Assembly: GCA_022729235.1 (NCBI GenBank)
Contig: JALDAJ010000001.1
Location: 896,001-960,000, forward strand
Source: Candidatus Nanohalarchaeota archaeon
GTDB taxonomy: Archaea; Nanohalarchaeota; Nanosalinia; Nanosalinales; Nanosalinaceae
Direction: 5' to 3'
Length of the DNA: 64,000 nt
Shown: positions 47,596 through 56,519 of the stretch, one piece after another
Position numbering within the stretch: position 1 is the first letter of the stretch
Layout of the letters: each line of letters begins with the position of its first letter
Program-made: the position numbers and the translations under genes
The notes under the pieces: generated by a model
Seen by the model: the letters and a program-made list of their open reading frames with translations, nothing else
Told to the model about the DNA's origin: nothing
The model's database searches: none

Positions 47596-47952
47596 ATGAA
47601 CCTGGAGAAGCTTATACCTGATGACTATGGAACACTTGAAAACGATGATTTAGCACTTTCCGAGGGTCGTATCGCCCGTCTTGTAAGAGAGAACATGGAT
47701 GAGGAGCAGACTCTTGACGGTGATGTACCTCACGTTATCAACTGCGTTCTCTCCCGCTTACTGGATGAGATTATCGACAGCATGATGAAGGAGGCTGACA
47801 TGATGGCGAAGGTGAAAGAGGCTCACGCACGTTCCGCGCTTAGAAACATCGAAATCGACGAGCAGTACTCCGCGAGAACCGAGGCGTTTATCGACCAGTT
47901 GAGATCTATCTCAGACGAGATGGAGGAGACGGCAGACCGCCTCGAGCAGTGA
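47596..47952 (+). CDS. Histone-fold protein with C-terminal helical extension
   Basis: L..GRIARLVRE / long central helix / KVKEAH..AL pattern of a histone fold. Confidence 0.55.
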   Translation: MNLEKLIPDDYGTLENDDLALSEGRIARLVRENMDEEQTLDGDVPHVINCVLSRLLDEIIDSMMKEADMMAKVKEAHARSALRNIEIDEQYSARTEAFIDQLRSISDEMEETADRLEQ

Positions 47953-48066
47953 TGAGAGATAAGGTCTTTAACAGGATTTTAAGAAGGTTAGCGGTTTTAT
48001 CCTCGTTAAATAGTGTCGTTAACCTTTTTAATTTCAATTTATCAATCGAAGGATAGGTGAATAACG

Positions 48067-48291
48067 ATGGCAGAAGTTAACTACTTGGATTGGGCTTCCC
48101 TCGTGCTCGTAATCGTAGGAGCACTGAACTGGGGTCTCGTAGGACTGGGCGAGTTCGCTGAACAGAACCTGAACATAGTGAACCTCATCCTAGGAGGCAT
48201 CCCGGAAGCAGAAGCACTGGTCTATGTCCTAGTAGGTCTGGCAGGACTTTACCAGGTCTACTTCGGCTACCAGCTCTACGAGGAGCAGTAA
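48067..48291 (+). CDS. DUF378 membrane protein
   Basis: LVIVGALNWGLVG..YVLVGLAG; SD AGGTGA. Confidence 0.92.
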   Translation: MAEVNYLDWASLVLVIVGALNWGLVGLGEFAEQNLNIVNLILGGIPEAEALVYVLVGLAGLYQVYFGYQLYEEQ

Positions 48292-48318
48292 GTTCCTCGA
48301 CCACTTCTTTCCTTTTTA

Positions 48319-48519
48319 TTATCCGTCATCCTGGTCTTCCAGACCGTCCTCATCAGGCACCATTTCATCCAGTCCCTCGGTCATATCCATCATCTCACCC
48401 ATCTGATCCTGCAGAGTACCGAGTTGCCTCTTCATCTTCCACCTGAGATAGAAAAGCGCGGCACCAACACCGATGAGGAAACCGACTAAGAGACCGGCTA
48501 AAAACCATATAGTTGTCAT
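48319..48519 (-). CDS. Small membrane-anchored protein
   Basis: N-terminal TM helix, acidic tail. Confidence 0.65.
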   Translation of the reverse strand: MTTIWFLAGLLVGFLIGVGAALFYLRWKMKRQLGTLQDQMGEMMDMTEGLDEMVPDEDGLEDQDDG

Positions 48520-48589
48520 AAACAGCTATTCTCTCCACGCCCTTAATAATCTGAACCTTTATAAAGTAATACATCGTAATACAATCGAT

Positions 48590-48901
48590 ATGGCGGTCGA
48601 GCCAAAAAGACGACGTAACCAGAGACAAGGAGAACTAAGCCCTCATGAATTAGCAAGTAAACTTGAATACAGCAGCGCTGATGAACTCTACTCTCTTGTG
48701 AAAGGCATACTGACTGCGAGCGAGAACGGAAAGATGCAGGTCAGAGAGATGCAGAACCAAATACCTGATCTTGAGAAATATGATGAAGATCATATTGCAA
48801 GAGTCGTTACGTCTCTTACCAACTTTCACCACGACTACAATGGGATAGTGACCTACCTAGACGGGAACGGTAATCCCGGATTTTTCCTCGAAGAATACTA
48901 G
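48590..48901 (+). CDS. Hypothetical protein
   Basis: ATG at 48590 downstream of TTTATAAA. Confidence 0.55.
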   Translation: MAVEPKRRRNQRQGELSPHELASKLEYSSADELYSLVKGILTASENGKMQVREMQNQIPDLEKYDEDHIARVVTSLTNFHHDYNGIVTYLDGNGNPGFFLEEY

Positions 48902-48965
48902 GAATAGCCTCTCAGGAATTCTAACTACTTTAAAATCAAAGATTTTTCTGCCGGGCATAACGCCT

Positions 48966-49775
48966 TCAAGGCTTTCTTTTTCTAATAACCTCTGCCCTGT
49001 GACCGTCTTCTTGACTTTCCTTAGACCGGTCATAAGCAGTCTTGAGCAGGTATAATCCGAATAACGGGAGAATCAGGGTAGGCAGCATCATTTCGGGATC
49101 CTGCACGTATATCGGTGGAGCGTTAGCATAGAAATCGACTACGCCCCGTGCAGGTTCGTACAACTCAGCTGATAAAAGACCAGCGCCTACCGCTCCTGCC
49201 CCTCCTAAAGCTCTTCCTGCCGCACTACGTTTTTTGAGGCTTGACAGCTCTTCCAGGTTATTCACGTGCTCGCTTACTCTACCCCTATTACGCTCCAGTG
49301 CTCTCTCATAGTCTGCTCTCAACTCCTCAAGTTCCTCCTCCAGTCCCTCTATCACTTCTATCTGTTCTCCAGTAAGTTCTTCGTACCTTACCTGGAGCTC
49401 TCTGAACCTTGATATAGAACTTTCCAGGCTCTCTACGTAGTCAGGTCCTACTTCTCCGTACTCTTCGAGTAGATCTTCGATATCACGTTCCAATCTCTTA
49501 AGAGCGCGCTGGAATCTTTCATCATTCTCTATCCTCCCTGCTCCACCAATTTCCAGTTCCTGTTTTCTATTCTCCAGTTCACCGATATATCTTGCAGTAT
49601 CTTCCAGCAGCAGTTCTCTTCTCTCCCTGAAATCATATACTGTTTCCTCTTCTCCTGTACTTCCCCCGTCAGTCATGACTTTAGGAGGCTCTAGCGCAGT
49701 GTTTAACTCCCTATAACCAGTAGAAGTAGCTTCTAGCGTTTGATCGACAGTATCATTCTGATTATCTCGTCCCAT
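48966..49775 (-). CDS. Coiled-coil protein with C-terminal TM segments
   Basis: Long E/L/R-rich heptads and two hydrophobic segments. Confidence 0.65.
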   Translation of the reverse strand: MGRDNQNDTVDQTLEATSTGYRELNTALEPPKVMTDGGSTGEEETVYDFRERRELLLEDTARYIGELENRKQELEIGGAGRIENDERFQRALKRLERDIEDLLEEYGEVGPDYVESLESSISRFRELQVRYEELTGEQIEVIEGLEEELEELRADYERALERNRGRVSEHVNNLEELSSLKKRSAAGRALGGAGAVGAGLLSAELYEPARGVVDFYANAPPIYVQDPEMMLPTLILPLFGLYLLKTAYDRSKESQEDGHRAEVIRKRKP

Positions 49776-49871
49776 CGCGTGTTTTGGGCAGTCCCAGCCA
49801 GACTTAAACGTTAAGCTTTAGGACAACGCATACAAACTTGTTAAATAACTCCGAATCACCGGTGTATTTTT

Positions 49872-50075
49872 ATGGATCGTAAAAAGATGGAGTACAGGCT
49901 GGCGATTTACTCCCTCGCCATCCATGTCGCCGCCCTGTTTTTCGGAGTCGCTGCATTCTTCCTGGCAGGACTGACCGCATCAATAATAGTATTCTTCCTG
50001 GCAGTCGCTATTCTTCTCGGAGTAGTCTACTGGAGAACTACTAGAACTCTAGAAGAAGAGAACAAGAACGGCTGA
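49872..50075 (+). CDS. Small membrane protein
   Basis: Two TM helices. Confidence 0.6.
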   Translation: MDRKKMEYRLAIYSLAIHVAALFFGVAAFFLAGLTASIIVFFLAVAILLGVVYWRTTRTLEEENKNG

Positions 50076-50573
50076 AACCCCGGCTATAAGGAAGAAGACG
50101 GGTTTGCTGTACCTGTAAACTGACTGTCCGTCCAGCCCTGCCGCCGGTATCATGTTGAACAGGGCGAGCCACGCATTAATCCGGAGCCCGTACTCTCCTA
50201 CCATGCCAGGTACTGCGAGAAACACTAGCGCCAGCACGATATTCGTGACCGGTCCTGCAACACTGATAAGCATCTGCTGCCTGTCAGTTCTCCTGCCGCG
50301 GGAGTAAACTGCACCAGGTGCAGCGAAGATAAATCCGGCGAGCGAGGCAAGAAAGGCGAACCCGAGCATCCTGTAATCCGCCACGAACTCTGCCCAGAGC
50401 CCGAACCTCTGCGCCACCACCTTGTGCGCAAGCTCGTGAATCAGGAATCCTATACCTGCAGTGAAGAGAGCTATCGCGATCGGACGCGGACTTAATCCTC
50501 CGAGCAGATTGGCAAACGCCAGGCTGAGTATCACCCACGCAGCAATCAAGTCACGGATTTCTCTCTGCTCCAT
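50049..50573 (-). CDS. M50-like membrane metalloprotease
   Basis: HELAH, AAPGAV, AGPVTN and FNMIP..LDG motifs. Confidence 0.9.
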   Translation of the reverse strand: MEQREIRDLIAAWVILSLAFANLLGGLSPRPIAIALFTAGIGFLIHELAHKVVAQRFGLWAEFVADYRMLGFAFLASLAGFIFAAPGAVYSRGRRTDRQQMLISVAGPVTNIVLALVFLAVPGMVGEYGLRINAWLALFNMIPAAGLDGQSVYRYSKPVFFLIAGVSAVLVLFF

Positions 50574-50622
50574 ATCACTAGTACTGTTTCCATAAAGTAA
50601 AAAGAGGTTTTTCTCCAGAGCA

Positions 50623-51600
50623 TCAGAGACCAAGAAGCAACGTCGCAACACCAAAGTAAATCAACAACGCAGTGATGTCTTTGATAGTTGTAACCATCGG
50701 ATCTGAAACCGCGGCAGGGTCGTAACCAGTCCTGTCAACCATACCCGGTATTAACGTCCCGATCACCGAGGCAACGGTACAGGTAAGAAACAGGGATATA
50801 GAGATAACTGACGCTATCCCGATACCCTGCCAGAAATAGATGACAGCACCAGCAAGAACGCCTACGATTAAGCCTATGATCCCGCCAACCAGCGCCTCTC
50901 TAAACACTCGACGCCATATATTTCCCTCCTCTATACTTCCAAGCGCAAGCCCTCTGACAAATATCGTTGACGACTGCGTTCCCACATTACCTCCCATGTC
51001 CATAATCACCGGAATGAAAAACGCCAGGACGACAAGAGCCTGTAGCTCATGCTCGAAAGCCTCTATAACTGTACCCGCGATGATACCTCCTGCAAGCGCG
51101 AATACCAGCCATGGAAGTCTTGCAACTACAGTTTCTCTAATCGAAGCGTTAAGCATCTTCTCACTCCTATAAAACTCCTTCGAGCCTATAACACCCGCCT
51201 TCTTGAAGATATCCTCGGTCGCCTCCTCGTCAAGCACCTCAACCATGTCATCCAACCGTAAGATACCTTCTAGCCTACCCTTCTCCACCACAGGAATCGC
51301 ACGGTAATCATACTCCGCCATCACGCGGGCGACATCCTCCATATCCTCGTCCAGTCCGACAGTCACCATATCCTGGTCCATCGCCGCCTCTAAGGACTCC
51401 GAGTTCATCAACTCCTTGACCGAGGCGATGCCTTCAAGCTTGCCGTCATCCTCTATGTAGACGTAGTATATCGACGGTCTGTCCTCAACAGTATCATGTT
51501 CCCCGAACTTCTCCAGCGCCCTGTCAACCGATGTATCAAGAGAGACAGAGACAAAGTCCGTTCTCAAAAGATCACGTGCTTGGAGCTTTTCATCGTCCAT
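50623..51600 (-). CDS. mgtE: Magnesium transporter MgtE
   Basis: CBS pair, RLPWL, FIP.IMDMGGNVGTQ and DPA..S.P..TT..D motifs. Confidence 0.94.
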   Translation of the reverse strand: MDDEKLQARDLLRTDFVSVSLDTSVDRALEKFGEHDTVEDRPSIYYVYIEDDGKLEGIASVKELMNSESLEAAMDQDMVTVGLDEDMEDVARVMAEYDYRAIPVVEKGRLEGILRLDDMVEVLDEEATEDIFKKAGVIGSKEFYRSEKMLNASIRETVVARLPWLVFALAGGIIAGTVIEAFEHELQALVVLAFFIPVIMDMGGNVGTQSSTIFVRGLALGSIEEGNIWRRVFREALVGGIIGLIVGVLAGAVIYFWQGIGIASVISISLFLTCTVASVIGTLIPGMVDRTGYDPAAVSDPMVTTIKDITALLIYFGVATLLLGL

Positions 51601-51690
51601 GTAAACTGTTGAGGTCACGCCTAACTAAAAGCTTGCCAGACACAACCGGAAAAACAATATTAATGCTGTTGGTAAGTCGATGATAACACA

Positions 51691-52338
51691 GTGTTCGGAA
51701 ATATATCTGATTACAACAAAACTAGGCTTGAGACCGTATACCGAGATGGAGGGATCTATCACACTGATCGATCCTGCATGCCTGATATCATAGTCGGTCT
51801 ATCATTCGGCGCACACACTGACGAGGGCTCTCCAAATTATCATCTGGCTGAGGCGGTAGATATCGCTATGACGGTATTCCCCGAAACTCCCGCACTCGTC
51901 CAGCCCGAAATAGGGAGAATTGAAACCGATAGAGGACGCCTCGAGTCTTATGAACAAGTTTATACCGTAGCAGAACCAATACAAGGTAAGAATAATATAA
52001 AGCCTGATGTTGATACATGGGACGCCATCGAAAAATCATTAGAAATTGCAGAGGAAGAAGACGTGGACGCTTATGAAGCGCTCTACGTGGCACATCCTGC
52101 CCACGTATCAAGAGTTATGAAGACAGGAAGCTACCTGGGTCTGGACGGGGAACCTTTTATTTCAGAGAATAGGCAATGGAGTTCTGAAGATTCTCAATGG
52201 TGGGTAAGAGGACCGATGAGATGGGCGGCTAAGGAACTATTCCTTGCGCGACCATACTGCCACCTGAAAGGGAATACCAGAAGACTCGCAAGCATACCAG
52301 AAGAACTACAGGACATAAGTCAAGAAAGATTTTCGTAA
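51691..52338 (+). CDS. Hypothetical protein (possibly DUF218-like)
   Basis: SFG..N..LA, Q.EI, DT and VAHPAH..R. Confidence 0.5.
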   Translation: MFGNISDYNKTRLETVYRDGGIYHTDRSCMPDIIVGLSFGAHTDEGSPNYHLAEAVDIAMTVFPETPALVQPEIGRIETDRGRLESYEQVYTVAEPIQGKNNIKPDVDTWDAIEKSLEIAEEEDVDAYEALYVAHPAHVSRVMKTGSYLGLDGEPFISENRQWSSEDSQWWVRGPMRWAAKELFLARPYCHLKGNTRRLASIPEELQDISQERFS

Positions 52339-52373
52339 ATGGACTCTCCCAAAATGAGGAAAGCACTGATTTT

Positions 52374-53222
52374 TCAAGATGTTCGTTTCACAAACTTATA
52401 GGTATACTGCTTTAGAACCCCTTTCTGTATTGTCAGGAGCTGGTAAATTCCTGTGAGCCCGTGGTTGACCTGCATCTTTTCCGTCTTGCCAACTGCGCGC
52501 GTCAGGAAACCTATCGGGAGTAAAAGAACGGCAGCGAGAAAAATCCTGTAGGAAGAAGGCTTTATCCTCTCAGTTATGTCCTCCTTTTCATCAAGTTCAA
52601 GAGGCGTTTTTTCGGCAGCCTCCTCCAGATCGTCCGTGTGAATTAGTCCTTCAAGCAGCCATCCTCGGCACATCTTGTTCTCCAGGTATCTCTCGAGCCC
52701 CGACTTTTCATCTAGATCCGTGAAACCGTCGGAGAGGATTAGAATTCCGTCTTCTTTCAGCAGGTCCGAGAACTGAGAGACCGTGCCCTCGATGTCTTTG
52801 CAGTAACAGAAAGTCTCTATGCCGAATATAAGGTCGAAGCTTTCTTCGGTGTCGATCGACTCAAAATCCGTCTCCCGGAACTCTATCAAGTCCTCGACTC
52901 CTTCCTCCTGCGCTTTCTCTCTGGCTATCTCCAGCGCTTCACCGTTGATGTCGATACCTATGAACTTCGCACCGGTTAACTTTGCCAGCCTGATGGCGTT
53001 ACCTCCCATTCCACACCCTATCTCCAGAATTTTGCTGTCCTCGTTGAGTTCGGCTTTTTCCAGTATCCTTTCCGCCCTTCTCTTCACGGCATCGTCAAAG
53101 CCGTCCGCCTCACCATCGTGGATGCCATAGTGCATCATCCCATGAGAATCAGAGTTCCAGACAAGGTTGTAATGGTAGCGTGAAAGGTTATAGTACTTAT
53201 TGAGTTCCTCTCTCCCGTACAT
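52374..53222 (-). CDS. Class I SAM-dependent methyltransferase (tocopherol/sterol MT-like)
   Basis: MHYG, ILEIGCGMGG and LLKEDG motifs. Confidence 0.88.
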   Translation of the reverse strand: MYGREELNKYYNLSRYHYNLVWNSDSHGMMHYGIHDGEADGFDDAVKRRAERILEKAELNEDSKILEIGCGMGGNAIRLAKLTGAKFIGIDINGEALEIAREKAQEEGVEDLIEFRETDFESIDTEESFDLIFGIETFCYCKDIEGTVSQFSDLLKEDGILILSDGFTDLDEKSGLERYLENKMCRGWLLEGLIHTDDLEEAAEKTPLELDEKEDITERIKPSSYRIFLAAVLLLPIGFLTRAVGKTEKMQVNHGLTGIYQLLTIQKGVLKQYTYKFVKRTS

Positions 53223-53250
53223 CGCTGTTCACTTCCCAAGCTTATTCTTA

Positions 53251-53324
53251 TGGACTCTCGGGGATTTGAACCCCGGGCCTCTTCCATGCCAAGGAAGCGT
53301 TCTGCCAGGCTGAACTAAGAGCCC
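53251..53324 (-). tRNA. tRNA-Ala(GGC)
   Basis: GGGCTCT/AGAGTCC acceptor with G3:U70; CTTCC-TTGGCAT-GGAAG anticodon arm. Confidence 0.96.
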
Positions 53325-53375
53325 CTTAACTTACATACGAAACTCAGCAGGTAAAACCTAAATAACCTGTTGGAG

Positions 53376-54098
53376 CTAAAGCCTCTGCTTGATTTTATCG
53401 ACATACTTATCCGCGAGCCTTGTCGGCTCCGGAAGCTTGTATCCTCCGCCCGTCTTCTCGACTAAATCGACTGCAGTGTCCTCGCTGACACGATGACCGG
53501 AACTGATGTAGAGCGGGTTGATACCTCTCGAAGTCTGTCTGGACTGGTAGGCATAGCCTATGAGCTCTCCGTCCCCAGTTTCAACTGAATCATCCGCAAC
53601 TACTGGTACTCTTTCTCCCTCGTCCAGATCATTTACCTCATCAGTTGTTCGTCCACAAAGCAGTTTTTTCGCAACACCGATAGCAGGAATGTCGAAAAGA
53701 ACCCCTATGTGGGTGGCGATCCCTGCCTGCCGGAAATGGATACGCCCGGAGCCGTCGAGCATCAGTAAGTCTGGTTTAGCGGACAGGCTTTCGAGCGCCT
53801 CGATGATGCAGGAACCCTCTCTGAACGCGAGGAGACCTGGGATGTAAGATATCTCGAGCTCCGCAACCCCGTGACCCCTCTCCATGACCTCCCCGTTCTC
53901 CATCACCACGACTCCACTGACCGCTTTCTCATCTATGAATGCCTGGTCGATGCCCGCGACCTTAACATCTTCCAGCGACCGCGGGAAGTCAAAGTTGTCC
54001 TCGAAGACTGCTTCTTCTGCTATTTCATACTGGAGTTTTTCCATCTCTTTCCGTGATAGTCCGGGCGAGGGCAGGTACTGGGGTTTCTCCGGTTTCAT
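53376..54098 (-). CDS. nfi: Endonuclease V
   Basis: AGIDQ, YIPGLLAFRE, DGSGRIH, GVAK and LPEPTRLAD motifs. Confidence 0.95.
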   Translation of the reverse strand: MKPEKPQYLPSPGLSRKEMEKLQYEIAEEAVFEDNFDFPRSLEDVKVAGIDQAFIDEKAVSGVVVMENGEVMERGHGVAELEISYIPGLLAFREGSCIIEALESLSAKPDLLMLDGSGRIHFRQAGIATHIGVLFDIPAIGVAKKLLCGRTTDEVNDLDEGERVPVVADDSVETGDGELIGYAYQSRQTSRGINPLYISSGHRVSEDTAVDLVEKTGGGYKLPEPTRLADKYVDKIKQRL

Positions 54099-54146
54099 GT
54101 TTGTTTCCTTACTGTGTGAAAAATAAAAGAGAAAAGATAGACAGAG

Positions 54147-55592
54147 TTACTCCTTCATCATCGGGAAGAGGATGACATCTCTTATCGACTGCTGGTTGGT
54201 GAGGAGCATCACTAAACGGTCAATACCGATACCGAGTCCTCCTGTCGGCGGCATCCCCAGTCCCAGTGCGTTCACAAAGTCCATGTCTATAGGATGTACC
54301 TCGTCATCGCCTTCCTGCTGGCGACGTTGTTCCTCCTCGAAGAGCTCTCTCTGCTGGACCGGGTCACGTAACTCGGTGTAGGCGTTGGTCAGCTCCATTC
54401 CTGCGACGAATGACTCGAACCTCTCTATCAGCCCCTCTTCTTCTCTATGACCCATGCATAGGGGTGTGGTCTCCTGCGGATGATCAACGATATGTGTCGG
54501 CTGGACGAGGTGCTCCTCGGCGACTTCTTCGAAGAGCTCAGCTACTGCTAGTCCCCGTTCATAGTCTGAGTCGAGTTCCGCGCCATGTTCTTCCATTCTC
54601 TGCTGTATTTCCTGATCGCTCAACTCCTCTACGTCGAAACCGCCGTATTCCCGGATCGCTTCTCTCATGGTAAGCCTTCGCCAGGGAGCGGAGAAGTCGA
54701 TTATCTGTCCGCCGTACTCTACCTCCGTGGACCCTGTGACCTGAACAGCTATGTGCTCGACCATCTCTTCTGTCAGCTCCATCATGTCCTCGTAATCGGC
54801 GTAAGCCTGGTAGAGCTCCATCATGGTGAACTCCGGGTTGTGCGTGGTGTCTATCGACTCGTTCCTGAAGTTCCTCGCGACTTCGAATATCCGCTCGAAT
54901 CCGCCTATAACAAGTCTCTTGAGGTACAGCTCCGGCGATATCCTGAGGTAGGCATCCATATCCCGGTCGTTGACGTAGGTCTCGAACGGTCTTGCGTTTG
55001 CACCTCCGTACACCGGCTGGACCACAGGCGTCTCTACCTCAATGAAGTCCCGTTCCTCGAGGAACCGTCTCATCTCTCTGATCACCCGGCTTCTCGTCCT
55101 GAAGGTTTCACGTGCGTCCATATCCACTGTAAGGTGGAGCGGTCTGTCCCGGTATCTCGTTTCCTCATCTTCAAGACCATAGTAATCAGAAGGGATCGTA
55201 CGGACGCCTTTTGTCAGGACCTCCAGTTCGGAGACGTCTAGGGATAGTTCTCCTCTGTCTGTGTAGGTCAGTGTTCCCGTAACTCCGATGATGTCTCCCC
55301 TGTGAAGTCGCTCCTCGATGGATTCAAGGACGGCTTCTTGACGTACCACTGCCTGGATATCCTCTCTTTCGCCTCTGAGATCAAGGAAGGTCAAGTTTCC
55401 GAACTCCCGGATTTCCATCACTCTCCCGGCGATTCTGAACTCGCGGTCAGGCAGCTCCTCATCATTTCCATATTCGACTGCGTCTTCTATCCTGTGCGAG
55501 CGCTCGAAGTTGTAGGCAAAAGCCTCTTCCTGCTCACGTAACTGATGCAGAAGCTCTTCTCTCACTTCTCTTTCAGAACTCACTGGAGACAC
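54147..55592 (-). CDS. lysS: Class II lysyl-tRNA synthetase
   Basis: OB-fold AGRV; EVETP, GGANARPF, LRISPELYLKRL, FRNE..D..HNPEFT and GMPPTGGLGIGIDRL. Confidence 0.96.
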   Translation of the reverse strand: MSPVSSEREVREELLHQLREQEEAFAYNFERSHRIEDAVEYGNDEELPDREFRIAGRVMEIREFGNLTFLDLRGEREDIQAVVRQEAVLESIEERLHRGDIIGVTGTLTYTDRGELSLDVSELEVLTKGVRTIPSDYYGLEDEETRYRDRPLHLTVDMDARETFRTRSRVIREMRRFLEERDFIEVETPVVQPVYGGANARPFETYVNDRDMDAYLRISPELYLKRLVIGGFERIFEVARNFRNESIDTTHNPEFTMMELYQAYADYEDMMELTEEMVEHIAVQVTGSTEVEYGGQIIDFSAPWRRLTMREAIREYGGFDVEELSDQEIQQRMEEHGAELDSDYERGLAVAELFEEVAEEHLVQPTHIVDHPQETTPLCMGHREEEGLIERFESFVAGMELTNAYTELRDPVQQRELFEEEQRRQQEGDDEVHPIDMDFVNALGLGMPPTGGLGIGIDRLVMLLTNQQSIRDVILFPMMKE

Positions 55593-55709
55593 CGGTATAG
55601 CTGGGACTAGAAGGATTTTGAAGGGTTCTATACGTGTTCGACCTTAAAGCAGTCACCAGTCATTGCAGAACAAGATTAAACAGCAAGCCTTAAAAATCAT
55701 TACTTTATC

Positions 55710-55753
55710 TACGAATATCGTAAAAATATTCATATCTGGATACGAATTTAGAA
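55710..55753. promoter_or_regulatory. Pair of LysM/Lrp-type operators between class II lysS and DUF5794-dapA-dapB
   Basis: TACGAATATCGTA (55710-55722) and TACGAATTTAGAA (55741-55753), 31 bp apart. Confidence 0.7.
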
Positions 55754-55787
55754 AGACTATATAAAAGTTAACTCAAATCCTCAAAAC

Positions 55788-56519
55788 ATGGTTCTTGGAA
55801 ACCTTGATCAGGGTACCCGGAAGCTGATATTTATCTTATGTCTTCCTTTAATAGACGGAGTATTTCCTACGTTACTCGTAACAGGAGCTGTTTCAACGTT
55901 TTCTGATATACTGGCTATAGCCATTACGATATTCGCAGGTGCCGGGGCGCTTGCAGTTCTTTACTCCTATTCGGATTCAGTAAGAGATGCCCAGAGAATG
56001 GTTATCCAATCAGCACCGCTACTTTTGGCAGGAGTTTTCCTGACTGCGTTGGTAGCCCCGATTTTCGAGCAATTATTTTACATCGAGAGACTTAGGTATG
56101 CGGCAGGTCTCGCACTGATAATTATAGGCGCTCAACTGGCAGAAGTATCGCTATCAGAAAGTATACCTGCTTCGGCAATAATAATCGCAGGGATGACCGT
56201 GTCTGTAAAGAACCCTTCCGCATTTGTTATTAACCTTGGATACGTGGCTCCAGCACTAGCAACTGCAATAGCCTCTCTTACTCTTCTGTACCTTGCAACT
56301 TTCCTGAGAAATATTGAGATGTCAATAACACGTCTCCAGAGAGGCTCTGCGATCGTATTATTCACAGTAAGCCTCTCGATGTTCGGATTTAACGTACCAA
56401 CCGAGTTAGGACTTGCGATCTTTGGCGGAGCATTCATCATGTCACTTCAAAGACCTGATATATCCGAAATCAATCCTTTTTACAGAATACTAGAGATGAT
56501 TAACAATGGCAGAATTTGA
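55788..56519 (+). CDS. DUF5794-like multi-pass membrane protein
   Basis: LCLPLIDGVFPTL N-terminal motif, ~7 TM; overlaps the dapA start. Confidence 0.7.
   Translation: MVLGNLDQGTRKLIFILCLPLIDGVFPTLLVTGAVSTFSDILAIAITIFAGAGALAVLYSYSDSVRDAQRMVIQSAPLLLAGVFLTALVAPIFEQLFYIERLRYAAGLALIIIGAQLAEVSLSESIPASAIIIAGMTVSVKNPSAFVINLGYVAPALATAIASLTLLYLATFLRNIEMSITRLQRGSAIVLFTVSLSMFGFNVPTELGLAIFGGAFIMSLQRPDISEINPFYRILEMINNGRI

Noticed and set aside
54147-55592. EpmA/GenX-like LysRS paralog or pyrrolysine system
   Set aside because: The protein retains the N-terminal OB anticodon-binding domain; no pyl genes or tRNA-Pyl were seen
55593-55787. Lysine riboswitch or T-box in the lysS/dap leader
   Set aside because: The region is short and AT-rich, with no riboswitch or T-box core; it is better explained by Lrp operators and TATA boxes
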